From Oscillospiraceae bacterium (GTDB lineage Bacteria; Bacillota; Clostridia; Oscillospirales; Oscillospiraceae), in assembly GCA_009780435.1 (NCBI GenBank), contig WRAB01000002.1, positions 62,420-126,419 on the forward strand: DNA of 64,000 nucleotides, in the 5' to 3' direction. Each line of letters starts with the position of its first letter. Position 1 is the stretch's first letter. The translations under genes were made by a program, and so were the position numbers. Under the pieces are notes generated by a model that did no database searches, was not told the origin of the DNA, and was given only the letters and a program-made list of their open reading frames with translations. Of this stretch, positions 19,279 to 28,162 are shown one piece after another.

Positions 19279-19866
19279 ATGTCCATGTCAAAGTATCAGA
19301 AAATAAAAAACGCAATCGAAGCATTCCAGCCGGACGGTGCAAATGTGCCTATTTTGTATTCTACTACAGAAGTGAATGAGAAAGGGTTTAACGCACTGAC
19401 CGGCAGAAAGCTTAAATTGTGGTCTTCGCGGACAACCATAGCAGTGGTGGTATGCGTTATTTTCCTCATAGCGATTTCAGCTGTCGCCACATTTCTTACC
19501 GGATCGGGGATGGCGTCGGCTCCTGCTGCTTTTGTGCCCCTGTTTATCGCCCTCCTGTTTCGCACGACCCCTATCGCCATCAGGGATGACGGCCTGGATT
19601 TTTATTTTTTAGAATCCAGACTTGATTTTAAATATGTTGTGTCTGATAAACTTAGTTTGCCCTATGACAGGATAAGCAATGTGAAGATGAAAACAGGAAG
19701 CGTATTCAAAAATAATAGGTATTTTACATTTGAGTTCTTGCATAACGATAAGAAATACAGAATAAAAACCTCTATGTCTAATAAAAAGAGAAAAATGAAA
19801 GAGCAAGAAGAAAACCTGAAATACCTGCTTGAGGTGCTTGAAAAGAAGCAAATAAAATCTAATTAA
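19279..19866 (+). CDS. Hypothetical membrane protein (2 TM plus a Lys-rich C-terminal domain)
   Basis: 195-aa ORF in a low-GC pocket with a GAGGAGGG RBS. I do not recognise a family. Confidence 0.55.
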   Translation: MSMSKYQKIKNAIEAFQPDGANVPILYSTTEVNEKGFNALTGRKLKLWSSRTTIAVVVCVIFLIAISAVATFLTGSGMASAPAAFVPLFIALLFRTTPIAIRDDGLDFYFLESRLDFKYVVSDKLSLPYDRISNVKMKTGSVFKNNRYFTFEFLHNDKKYRIKTSMSNKKRKMKEQEENLKYLLEVLEKKQIKSN

Positions 19867-19925
19867 ATCGACACAGAGACGGCACATAGTTGAACCCCCG
19901 CCCAATGGCAGGGGAGAACATAAGA

Positions 19926-19965
19926 AATCTGCGATGAAAGCCCTGTTTGTCTTTCATCGCAGATT
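19926..19965. terminator. Bidirectional terminator between convergent genes
   Basis: A 15-bp perfect stem, aatctgcgatgaaag / ctttcatcgcagatt. Confidence 0.7.
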
Positions 19966-19976
19966 CAATTTGTAGG

Positions 19977-20201
19977 CTATACGGTGTCGTCAATGGCGCT
20001 TCTCTCCCGGAAGAGCAGAGAGACGCACCACAGGGCGCCCAGGCCCACCAGCGTGTAAATCACCCGACTAATGGCCGCGGACTGCCCGCCGAAGATGGCG
20101 GCAATGATATCAAAACCAAAGATACCTACGCTCCCCCAGTTGAGACCGCCGACAATGACCAAAATCAATGCGATTCGATCCATAATCATAAGAATGTCCA
20201 T
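19977..20201 (-). CDS. DUF378-family small membrane protein
   Basis: The motif GGLNWG and two TM segments are present. The start is uncertain among ATG 20201, 20186 and 20180. Confidence 0.7.
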   Translation of the reverse strand: MDILMIMDRIALILVIVGGLNWGSVGIFGFDIIAAIFGGQSAAISRVIYTLVGLGALWCVSLLFRERSAIDDTV

Positions 20202-20307
20202 TCCTTTCACACAGTTTCTGTGAGACTTCACGCAGAAAGTACAAATAGTACACCGTTACTATGTCCCGTTGCGGAAAGAAATATGCGGGGGCGTTGAAAA
20301 TTTTTCA

Positions 20308-21192
20308 TCATTTTTTCGTTTTCGGCCTCTCCCCTACCACCAGGCGATAAAATCCCTCGCCGGCCACTTCGTTGGACTCCAATACGATGGTGAACGCTCT
20401 GGGATCTCTGGCCTCTACGGCTTTTTGGACGCTGTACATCTGCTTGCGGTCACAGGCGCACATGACCACCTGCCGGGGGAGCCCCTGATAGCCGCCCTGG
20501 GCCTGCCAGACGGTACAACCCCTGCCGCTGGTCTCCTCAATGGTCTCCCGGATGGGTAGGTAGTCGTCCGTGACAATAAGGAGTAGTTTCCCCGCATTGA
20601 TCCCGTACATGAGCCGGTCGATCACCTGAGAGAATAAAAAGGCGATAATCAGTCCGTAGAAGATGCCGTTGATATCCTGGAACAGGAGGCCGCCCATGAC
20701 CACCACAGCGCAGTCGGAGAAAATGATAATCCGCCCCAGGGACAGATGGGGCCGCTTCGCCTTGATGGCCATGACGATAAAATCAGCGCCGCCGGAAGAG
20801 GCGTTTTGCATATAGATCAGGGCAAAGCCCGCCCCGGCGATGACCCCGCAGGCCAGGGCCGCCAAAAGGGGTTCCCCGTGGTAGACGGGGAAAAACGGCG
20901 CCACGTAGTCAAACAGTAGGGACGTGACGATCATACATCCGATGGAGTGGAGGAAAAACCGCCTGCCCAACAGCCGCCAGCAGAGGATTGCCACCGGGAT
21001 ATTGAGCACGATAAGAGACCAGCCGATGGGAATGTCCCACAACCGGTTGATGATGAGCGCAATCCCCGTAAAGCCCGCCATGGGAAACTCCGCCGGGACG
21101 GCGAAACCGGCGATGCCGATTACAACCAAAACACAGCCGACAAATTCCAAAATGTACTTCATAAAAGAGCGGCGGAGAAAATGTCTTTTCAT
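20308..21192 (-). CDS. YitT-family membrane protein (with a C-terminal DUF2179-like domain)
   Basis: 294 aa with five TM segments followed by a soluble C-terminal domain, which is the typical YitT architecture. Confidence 0.8.
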   Translation of the reverse strand: MKRHFLRRSFMKYILEFVGCVLVVIGIAGFAVPAEFPMAGFTGIALIINRLWDIPIGWSLIVLNIPVAILCWRLLGRRFFLHSIGCMIVTSLLFDYVAPFFPVYHGEPLLAALACGVIAGAGFALIYMQNASSGGADFIVMAIKAKRPHLSLGRIIIFSDCAVVVMGGLLFQDINGIFYGLIIAFLFSQVIDRLMYGINAGKLLLIVTDDYLPIRETIEETSGRGCTVWQAQGGYQGLPRQVVMCACDRKQMYSVQKAVEARDPRAFTIVLESNEVAGEGFYRLVVGERPKTKK

Positions 21193-21277
21193 AACTTGTA
21201 GTGTGCCTCGTTTCCTTTGAATTATAGTTGGCGATTTTCGTGATCAGCAACTATATGGCCAATATGTAATTTTTCTG

Positions 21278-21306
21278 TTGACAGGACTGCTTTCACGTGC
21301 TATAGT
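21278..21306 (+). promoter_or_regulatory. csp promoter
   Basis: TTGACA, a 17-nt spacer, then TATAGT. Confidence 0.7.
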
Positions 21307-21335
21307 GAACTGTGTCATCTGTTCGTACCAATTGC

Positions 21336-21396
21336 TCACATGTTTTTGTAAGTCATTGATCGTTTCGATGTCTCACAAAAACATGTGATCTTTTTT
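21336..21396 (+). promoter_or_regulatory. Terminator-like attenuator hairpin inside the csp 5-prime leader
   Basis: A perfect 14-bp stem, tcacatgtttttgt (21336-21349) pairing with acaaaaacatgtga (21375-21388), followed by TCTTTTTT. It lies between the promoter and the RBS. Confidence 0.55.
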
Positions 21397-21439
21397 GGGA
21401 TCAGGTCAGATACAACTTATTTTTTCAGGAGGCTTTTAT

Positions 21440-21652
21440 ATGAATCAGGGTACAGTCAAATGGTTTAACGCAGACAAGGGTTTTGGGTTCATCTCCAACG
21501 ACGAGGGCGGCGACGACGTGTTTGTGCATTTCTCCGCAATCCAGTCCGAGGGATTCAAAACGCTGGAAGAGGGCCAGAAAGTCGTTTACGACATCGAACC
21601 CGACCCCAAAAACAGCTCCAAGAGCAGAGCTGTCAACGTCAGCCCCCAATAA
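21440..21652 (+). CDS. Cold-shock protein (CspA family)
   Basis: [18 protein letters not shown]...VFVHFSAI carries the RNP1 and RNP2 motifs. An AGGAGG RBS is present. Confidence 0.95.
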   Translation: MNQGTVKWFNADKGFGFISNDEGGDDVFVHFSAIQSEGFKTLEEGQKVVYDIEPDPKNSSKSRAVNVSPQ

Positions 21653-21668
21653 CCTGACAATGGCCCGA

Positions 21669-21704
21669 CGAGCAAGGAGCAATTTCCTTGCTCGTTTGCT
21701 ATTT
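21669..21704 (+). terminator. Intrinsic terminator of csp
   Basis: Stem cgagcaagga / tccttgctcg followed by a T-rich tail. Confidence 0.75.
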
Positions 21705-21821
21705 CCCCACAGAGCTGCGCTCTGCGGGGGCCCCATTCATTTAATCTCCTCGGCAAAGCAAAGCTCCGCCGGTATCGAGATTTTCGCTTTGCGAAAATGC
21801 TCGGACGCCGGATTCCCGGCG
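21705..21821. repeat. Cluster of three GC-rich hairpins in the intergenic DNA
   Basis: Hairpins at 21705-21729 (ccccacagagc/gctctgcgggg), 21776-21803 (cgagattttcgc/gcgaaaatgctcg) and 21807-21820 (gccgg/ccggc). Confidence 0.5.
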
Positions 21822-21846
21822 GCGCATGGGCTTTAGAATGCCTGGC

Positions 21847-21908
21847 ATCTATTGTACCACACTTTATCTCGTAAATCTATTGTACAAACCATGTATTTGT
21901 GCTATAAC
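21847..21908 (+). promoter_or_regulatory. rbr promoter region with a direct 11-mer repeat, ATCTATTGTAC x2
   Basis: Repeat copies at 21847-21857 and 21875-21885. TTGTAC (21880), a 17-nt spacer, then TATAAC (21903). Confidence 0.45.
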
Positions 21909-21951
21909 TAGCTTATACGATTCCCATCCAATTAAGAGAGGAGCGACCACT

Positions 21952-22488
21952 ATGCCAGAATTAAAAGGAAGCCGAACCGAACAAAACTTGAAGGCTGCAT
22001 TTTCCGGTGAATCCGAGGCCAGAAACAAGTACACTTATTTTGCCAGCGTGGCGAAAAAAGAGGGCTACGAGCAAATCTCCGCTTTCTTCTTAGAGACGGC
22101 CGAAAATGAAAAAGAGCACGCCAAGCTCTGGTTTAAGCATCTGAACGGCGTCGGCAACACGAAAGAAAATCTGAACGCCGCCGCAGAGGGTGAAAACTAT
22201 GAGTGGACCTCCATGTACAAGGAATTTGCACAAGTGGCCCGGGAAGAGGGCTTCACCGACATCGCCGACCAGATGGACGGCGTGGCCGCCGTGGAAAAAC
22301 ACCACGAGGAGCGGTATCTCAAGCTCCTGCAAAACCTGGAGCTAGACAAAGTGTTCCAGCGGGAAGAGACCGAGGCCTGGATCTGCCGCAACTGTGGCCA
22401 CATCGAAGAGGGCGATAACGCACCGGATCTCTGCCCCGTCTGCTTCCATCCCCAAGCTTATTTCCAAATTCACGTGGAGGCCTACTAA
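21952..22488 (+). CDS. rbr: Rubrerythrin
   Basis: [27 protein letters not shown] marks the diiron four-helix domain. The C-terminal rubredoxin-like motifs are CRNCG...CPVC. An AGAGAGGAG RBS is present. Confidence 0.92.
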   Translation: MPELKGSRTEQNLKAAFSGESEARNKYTYFASVAKKEGYEQISAFFLETAENEKEHAKLWFKHLNGVGNTKENLNAAAEGENYEWTSMYKEFAQVAREEGFTDIADQMDGVAAVEKHHEERYLKLLQNLELDKVFQREETEAWICRNCGHIEEGDNAPDLCPVCFHPQAYFQIHVEAY

Positions 22489-22500
22489 TCAACTCCACTA

Positions 22501-22531
22501 AGGGCCGCCGCTTCATGCGACGGCCCTTTTC
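22501..22531 (+). terminator. Intrinsic terminator of rbr
   Basis: Stem agggccg / cggccct followed by TTTT. Confidence 0.65.
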
Positions 22532-22548
22532 CGTTTGACAAAATAATC

Positions 22549-22576
22549 GGAAGGCTTGACATCAGTCAAGCCTTCC
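22549..22576 (-). terminator. Terminator of the reverse-rubrerythrin gene
   Basis: A 12-bp perfect stem, ggaaggcttgac / gtcaagccttcc. The minus strand continues GATTATTTT. Confidence 0.7.
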
Positions 22577-22600
22577 GTCTCTATCTCTATAGAGAAGTCC

Positions 22601-23146
22601 TTAGAAATACCGTTTCAACAGACCACTGAATCCGCAGCCGTGACGGGCTTCGTCTTTGGCCATCTCGTGGACTGTGTCGTGGATGGCGTCGTAGTTGAGC
22701 TCTTTGGCCCGTTTGGCCAGTTCAAATTTTCCGTTGGTCGCTCCCATTTCAGCCTCTGCCCGGAGTTCCAGGTTCTTTTTGGTGCTGTTGGTCAGGCACT
22801 CACCCAAGAGCTCGGCGAATTTCGCGGCGTGCTCAGCTTCCTCGAATGCGTAACGCTTGAACGCCTCGGCGATTTCGGGATACCCTTCTCTGTCGGCCAC
22901 CCGGCTCATGGCCAGATACATACCCACTTCGGCGCATTCGCCGTTGAAGTTGTCCACTAGGCCTTTGTATACATCGGGTTCCACCTTGTCTTTTGCGCCG
23001 GCGCCCAGTTCGTGCTGGGTGGCGTAGGTCATCTCGCCGGTGACTTCGGCAAATTTTTCAGGGCCGACCTTACAGAGCGGGCATTGTGCGGGAGGGGCGT
23101 CGCCCTCGTGGATGTAACCGCAGACTTTACAGACAAATTTTTTCAT
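22601..23146 (-). CDS. Reverse rubrerythrin (N-terminal rubredoxin-like domain plus a diiron domain)
   Basis: The N-terminus is [25 protein letters not shown], followed by a ferritin-like domain (EAEHAAKF). Confidence 0.9.
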   Translation of the reverse strand: MKKFVCKVCGYIHEGDAPPAQCPLCKVGPEKFAEVTGEMTYATQHELGAGAKDKVEPDVYKGLVDNFNGECAEVGMYLAMSRVADREGYPEIAEAFKRYAFEEAEHAAKFAELLGECLTNSTKKNLELRAEAEMGATNGKFELAKRAKELNYDAIHDTVHEMAKDEARHGCGFSGLLKRYF

Positions 23147-23189
23147 GGTGATTTTCTCCGTTTCTTGTAAAATAATTTTTTATTGCCCT

Positions 23190-23220
23190 GTGTTTTCCCC
23201 GCCGTAGGCGGGGAAAACAC
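23190..23220. repeat. GC-rich stem-loop between perR and the reverse-rubrerythrin gene (core TTCCCCGCCGtAGGCGGGGAA)
   Basis: A 14-bp perfect stem, gtgttttccccgcc / ggcggggaaaacac. No U-tract follows it in the direction of transcription. Confidence 0.6.
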
Positions 23221-23237
23221 AAAAAACTTTTATGCGC

Positions 23238-23624
23238 TTATTTTAAACAGGTTTTGCAAGTGCCGTAGACTGTCAGATCGACCCGCTCTACCTGAAATCC
23301 TTGGGATTTCTCCAAATAAGACTCCATCTCCAAATGCTCCGTGGGCGCGTCGATGTCGATGACCGCACGGCAAGTCCGGCAGATGAAGTGTCCGTGGGGT
23401 TCCACGTTCCCGTCAATCCGCTCCTGCCCGGCCACGGTGGCAACTGTGCAGATGAGCCCATCGTCTTTGAAGAGGCCGATATTGCGGTACACGGTACCCA
23501 AACTCAAGTCGGGATATGTGCCCTTTAACTCCTGATATACCCACTCCGCCGTCGGATGACTCTTGGTGGAGCGAACCTTGGCCAAGATGGCCTCTCGCTT
23601 TTGACTGTAGTTTCTGGTTTTCAT
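23238..23624 (-). CDS. perR: Fur-family peroxide-responsive regulator (PerR-like)
   Basis: The fold is Fur-like, with HxH and two CxxC pairs (CRTC, CKTC). It sits next to two rubrerythrin genes. The start is ATG 23624, preceded by a GGAG RBS. Confidence 0.8.
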   Translation of the reverse strand: MKTRNYSQKREAILAKVRSTKSHPTAEWVYQELKGTYPDLSLGTVYRNIGLFKDDGLICTVATVAGQERIDGNVEPHGHFICRTCRAVIDIDAPTEHLEMESYLEKSQGFQVERVDLTVYGTCKTCLK

Positions 23625-23651
23625 GGGGGCCGCTCCGTTGCTTGAAATCAA

Positions 23652-23703
23652 TAATAATTCTCATTACTGATTTTGAGTATAGCATATGCCTTTTTGCTTG
23701 TAA
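23652..23703 (-). promoter_or_regulatory. perR promoter with an AT-rich imperfect dyad just downstream of the -10
   Basis: On the minus strand: TTACAA, a 16-nt spacer, TATACT, then AGTAATGAGAATTATTATT (a weak Fur-family 7-1-7-like dyad). Confidence 0.4.
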
Positions 23704-23743
23704 AGCCTTTTTCAAAAAAATTTTATATTTTTTGAAAAAAAGA

Positions 23744-23764
23744 CGGGCGGCCATTGGCCGCCCG
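23744..23764 (-). terminator. Intrinsic terminator for minus-strand transcription leaving the low-GC pocket
   Basis: The palindrome cgggcggcc-att-ggccgcccg is followed on the minus strand by TCTTTTTTT. Confidence 0.65.
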
Positions 23765-24031
23765 CTGTGTTTCGTTATACAGGATCTATGTGGTGCCGAT
23801 CTGATTGCCGGCAATCTTGAATATCATCAACAAGCACTGTCTTTTCTGCAATTTGATAGACAATTGGATGCCGTCCCTCTTTCAATCGCTTGTCGCATAC
23901 GGCTTTCAAATTCATCAGTTGTACATGTAGCGAGCTACAACTTCGCCTGTCCAGGCGCAGCGGAGTTGTTGGACGTCGCCCTGGAGATTTAGTATGACGT
24001 TTTTTGCGCAGACAGGGTTTTTGAAGCCTAC

Positions 24032-24538
24032 TTACTCAACGACCTGCTTTTCGTCTGTAGGTTCCTCACCGCTTGGTACTTTCATAGCATCTTGCTCTAA
24101 AGTGGAAATGAAAAATGTCCCTGAAATAATAGTAAAGCCCAAGCAAAAAAGCACAGCAGAGGGAGAAAGCCTATCGAACAAACCTGTAAAAAACATTAAA
24201 AGAAATAGAAATACAAAAACGCTTGCAGTGAAAATAATAAGCCTGATCGTCATTTCCATGTGAGATCTGTTCTTTCGTACAGCTCTATCTTTTTTCGATT
24301 GGAAACTTTGGAAACTGTTTATTTTAGCTAAAACAGATTCTAAAAAATTTACAAAAATGATACCACCGCTCACCACAAAAGCCATCTCAAGGATTATGTT
24401 ATCAAAAAATCGAGAAAATGCTCTTATCACAAACAAAAAAGCAACTATATTCACATGAAAGAGAATGCGTGTATTTTTTATTCTCACAATATCGCTCCTT
24501 GTTATGGGGATTTTATCAACTAAAATATAAAAGCTCAA
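24032..24538 (-). CDS. Hypothetical membrane protein (about 4 TM)
   Basis: 168-aa ORF in a clearly AT-rich pocket. I do not recognise a family. Confidence 0.45.
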   Translation of the reverse strand: MSFYILVDKIPITRSDIVRIKNTRILFHVNIVAFLFVIRAFSRFFDNIILEMAFVVSGGIIFVNFLESVLAKINSFQSFQSKKDRAVRKNRSHMEMTIRLIIFTASVFVFLFLLMFFTGLFDRLSPSAVLFCLGFTIISGTFFISTLEQDAMKVPSGEEPTDEKQVVE

Positions 24539-24635
24539 TGAGAATGAAAAAAGCCAGTTAAAAGCCAGCCAGCAAATTTACCCGCTGGAACTAATTAGGA
24601 TGCTGTCTCAACTGCCGACAACGCTCTTTTCCGCC

Positions 24636-26036
24636 CTAATACGCAATCACATTGGCAATATAGTCCCGCAGTTCGTCGATCTTGATCCGCTCTTGCGCCA
24701 TGCTGTCCCGGTGGCGGACGGTGACGCAGCCGTCTTCTACGCTGTCGAAGTCGTAGGTCACGCAGAGGGGGGTGCCGATCTCGTCCTGGCGGCGGTAGCG
24801 CTTGCCGATGGAGCCGGCGTCGTCGTATTCTGCCATAAAATGCTTCTGAAGGTCCTGGTAAATCGCTGTGGCGCCCTCGCCCAGCTTCTTTGATAGGGGT
24901 AATACCGCACACTTGATCGGCGCTAAGGCCGGGTGGAACCGCATGACGACTCGGATATCGCCTTTTTCCTCGTCCACCACTTCTTCGTCATAGGCGTCCA
25001 CGAGAAAGGCCAGGGTGACCCGGTCAGCACCCAGGGAAGGTTCGATGACGTAGGGGATATACCGCTCGTTCGCCTCTTGGTCGAAATATTCCATGTTTTC
25101 ACCGCTGGCGTTCTGGTGGGCGGTTAGGTCAAAATCCGTGCGGTCTGCGATGCCCCAGAGTTCGCCCCAGCCGAAGGGGAACAGGAACTCAAAGTCCGTG
25201 GTGGCCTTGGAGTAGTGGCTCAGTTCTTCCGCTGCGTGATCTCGGAGTTGAAGATTTTCCGGCTTGATGGAGAGCCCCAGGAGCCACTGGTGGCAAAATT
25301 CCCGCCAGTAGGAGAACCACTCCAAATCTGTCCCCGGCTTGCAGAAGAACTGTAGTTCCATCTGCTCAAACTCCCGTGTGCGGAAGGTGAATTGACCCGG
25401 CGTGATCTCGTTGCGGAAACTCTTACCTACCTGGGCGATGCCGAAGGGAATCTTCCGGCGAGAGGTGCGCTGGACATTCTTGAAGTTGACGAAGATGCCC
25501 TGGGCCGTCTCCGGGCGGAGATAGACCTCGGCGGCGGAGTCCTCGTTGACGCCTTGGAAGGTCTTGAACATCATGTTGAACTTGCGAATGGGTGTAAAAT
25601 CCCGCTTGCCGCAACTGGGGCAAGGGATATTTTTCTCCGCCATGTAGGCGGCCAGTTGCTCGTTGTCCATGGCCTCGACCAGAACCCCGGTGATCTCCTG
25701 TTCGGCGTTGAAGTCCTCGATCATCTTATCGGCCCGGTGGCGCATTTTGCAAGATTTACAGTCGATGAGGGGGTCGTTGAAGTTGACCACGTGACCCGAG
25801 GCCACCCAGACCTCCCGATTCATGAGAATGGCGGCATCCAGCCCTACGTTATACGGACTCTCTTGGACAAACTTCTTCCACCAGGCCGCCTTGACGTTGT
25901 TCTTCAACTCCACGCCCAAGGGGCCGTAGTCCCAGGTGTTTGCAAGGCCGCCGTATATCTCGCTGCCGGGGTAGACAAACCCGCGCCCCTTACACAGGGC
26001 GACGATTTTTTCCATTGTCTTATCTGTATTTTGCAT
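24636..26036 (-). CDS. glyQS: Glycine--tRNA ligase (homodimeric class II type)
   Basis: [23 protein letters not shown] and other GlyRS hallmarks are present. GGAGG lies 6 nt upstream of ATG 26036. Confidence 0.95.
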   Translation of the reverse strand: MQNTDKTMEKIVALCKGRGFVYPGSEIYGGLANTWDYGPLGVELKNNVKAAWWKKFVQESPYNVGLDAAILMNREVWVASGHVVNFNDPLIDCKSCKMRHRADKMIEDFNAEQEITGVLVEAMDNEQLAAYMAEKNIPCPSCGKRDFTPIRKFNMMFKTFQGVNEDSAAEVYLRPETAQGIFVNFKNVQRTSRRKIPFGIAQVGKSFRNEITPGQFTFRTREFEQMELQFFCKPGTDLEWFSYWREFCHQWLLGLSIKPENLQLRDHAAEELSHYSKATTDFEFLFPFGWGELWGIADRTDFDLTAHQNASGENMEYFDQEANERYIPYVIEPSLGADRVTLAFLVDAYDEEVVDEEKGDIRVVMRFHPALAPIKCAVLPLSKKLGEGATAIYQDLQKHFMAEYDDAGSIGKRYRRQDEIGTPLCVTYDFDSVEDGCVTVRHRDSMAQERIKIDELRDYIANVIAY

Positions 26037-26166
26037 AACCATCCTCCGCTTTGCTTTTTCAATAGCTGTATTATACTATACATCAGCCCTGTGGACAAGG
26101 GCTTTTCCGCCTTGGCTTTTTTGCCAATATGCGATATAATTAAGCCCAGCGTTATTCTATGAAAGA

Positions 26167-28080
26167 ATGGTCATACACATGGACACACCAATGGAATTTT
26201 TAGCCCAGAGCTACGATATTGCCGTTATCGGTGCGGGACACGCCGGGATTGAGGCCGCTTTGGCGGCCGCGCGGATGGGGCACTCGACTATCTGCTTTGC
26301 GCTGAATCTGGACGCGGTAGGCAATATGCCCTGTAATCCGGCCATCGGCGGCACGGGGAAGGGCCAACTCGTCCGTGAACTGGACGCCCTGGGCGGCGAG
26401 ATGGGCAGGGCCGCCGATCTCTCTTGTATCCAATATCGGATGCTGGGGGCCAGCAAAGGCCCCGCCGTCCGCTCCCTGCGGGCTCAGGCGGATCGACGAT
26501 TATACCAGCAGATTATGAAGCGCACCCTGGAACAGCAGGAGAATCTCACCCTCAAACAGGCGGAGATCGTCTCCATCGGCATCGCAGATGGCCGTGTGAC
26601 CCAGGTGGTGACCCGGGCCGGGGCCGTCTATCCCTGCCGCGCCGTGATTATCGCCACAGGCACCTATCTCCAGGCCCGGACGATTACGGGTTCCGCAGTC
26701 CAAGAGGCCGGACCCGATGGCATGTTCGCAGCAGGGCCTTTGACGGACAATCTCATCGCCCTGGGACTCCCCTTACAGCGCTTCAAGACGGGGACCCCTC
26801 CACGAGTCAGCGCGAAAAGTGTGGACTTTGACGAAATGGAAATTCAGGCTGGAGACGATCATCCGGAGCCTTTTTCTTTCTCCACCAAAGATCCGCCCCG
26901 CAACCAAGTGGTGTGTCATCTAACCTATACCAACGAGGAGACCCATGCAATTATCCGAGAGAATCTCCACCGAAGTCCTCTCTATGGCGGGGTCATTTCG
27001 GGGACAGGTGCACGCTATTGCCCTTCTATTGAAGACAAAGTGGTGCGCTTTGCCGATAAAAAACGGCATCAGCTCTTTGTCGAGCCCATGGGCCTGGACA
27101 CGGACGAACTCTATATCCAGGGCTTTTCCTCTTCCCTGCCGGAGGACGTGCAGATCCAGATGCTCCGCACCGTCCCCGGCTTACGCCGCGCGGAGATTAT
27201 GCGTCCGGCCTATGCCATTGAATACGACTGTCTCGACCCCACGGCCCTCTATGCCACCATGGAGACGAAAAGCATCGACTATCTCTATGGGGCCGGGCAG
27301 TTCAACGGCTCCTCTGGATACGAGGAGGCGGCGGTACAGGGCTATGTGGCAGGGGTCAACGCAGCGTTGAAATTACAGGGCGCCCCGCCCTTGATCATTG
27401 ACCGGAGCCAGGGGTATATCGGGGCCCTCATCGACGACCTGGTAACCCGTGGCACCAGCGAACCCTACCGTATGATGACCAGTCGCTCCGAGTATCGCCT
27501 CCTCCACCGGCAGGACAACGCCGACCAGCGCATGACCCCCTTGGGCCATAGAGTCGGCCTAGTGGATGACGATACTTTGCGGACAGTAGAGGAGAAATAC
27601 GCCGCCGTGGAGCGGGAAGTTGACCGGTTGGCCAACACCCATCTGCCGCCCTCGGCGGCCCTCTCAGATTTTCTGGAGTCAAAAGGTGCCGCCGCCCCTG
27701 CTTCCGGCATCAGTCTACAGGCCCTCATCCGCAGGCCGGAACTCACCTATGACGACTTGGCCCCCTTTGATTCAAATCGCCCCTCCCTTGATCGGGCTGC
27801 GCGGGAGCAGGTGGAACTTGCGATCAAATACGAAGGCTATATCACCCGACAACTGCGGCAGATAGAGGCCTTCGCCAGGGCAGAGCACCGGGTTATCCCG
27901 CCGGATATCGACTACCACGCCATCCAGGGCCTTTGCCTAGAGGCCCGACAAAAGCTGGATCAGATTCGCCCCCAGAACTTGGGGCAGGCCGGGCGGATAT
28001 CCGGCGTCAGCCCCTCGGATTTGACTGCTTTGATGATCTGGCTGGAACATGGCCGGGGAAAAACTGTAACAAAATCGTAA
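26167..28080 (+). CDS. mnmG: tRNA uridine 5-carboxymethylaminomethyl modification enzyme MnmG (GidA)
   Basis: The FAD motif YDIAVIGAGHAGIEAA and a conserved MnmG body are present. The exact start is uncertain (ATG 26167, 26179 or 26191). Confidence 0.95.
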   Translation: MVIHMDTPMEFLAQSYDIAVIGAGHAGIEAALAAARMGHSTICFALNLDAVGNMPCNPAIGGTGKGQLVRELDALGGEMGRAADLSCIQYRMLGASKGPAVRSLRAQADRRLYQQIMKRTLEQQENLTLKQAEIVSIGIADGRVTQVVTRAGAVYPCRAVIIATGTYLQARTITGSAVQEAGPDGMFAAGPLTDNLIALGLPLQRFKTGTPPRVSAKSVDFDEMEIQAGDDHPEPFSFSTKDPPRNQVVCHLTYTNEETHAIIRENLHRSPLYGGVISGTGARYCPSIEDKVVRFADKKRHQLFVEPMGLDTDELYIQGFSSSLPEDVQIQMLRTVPGLRRAEIMRPAYAIEYDCLDPTALYATMETKSIDYLYGAGQFNGSSGYEEAAVQGYVAGVNAALKLQGAPPLIIDRSQGYIGALIDDLVTRGTSEPYRMMTSRSEYRLLHRQDNADQRMTPLGHRVGLVDDDTLRTVEEKYAAVEREVDRLANTHLPPSAALSDFLESKGAAAPASGISLQALIRRPELTYDDLAPFDSNRPSLDRAAREQVELAIKYEGYITRQLRQIEAFARAEHRVIPPDIDYHAIQGLCLEARQKLDQIRPQNLGQAGRISGVSPSDLTALMIWLEHGRGKTVTKS

Positions 28081-28162
28081 TCTACAGCCTGTTGGCAAAG
28101 GGGCCAAAATATGGTATGATATTTTTGTAGAGTTGTATCTTGCTCGTATTGGGAGGGGTTCC

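Noticed and set aside
23775-24031. A possible intact small toxin/antitoxin gene on the minus strand.
   Set aside because: The longest ATG-initiated frame is only 46 aa and has no RBS. A plausible protein would require at least two or three frameshifts. At best it is a decayed remnant, mentioned only as such in the findings.
26043-26166. A possible T-box leader upstream of glyQS (glycyl-tRNA synthetase genes in Firmicutes often have one).
   Set aside because: Only about 125 nt separate glyQS from divergent mnmG. A good promoter (TTGTCC-17-TATAAT on the minus strand) sits about 30 nt upstream of the start. No specifier/T-box (AGGGUGGNACCGCG-like) sequence is visible.
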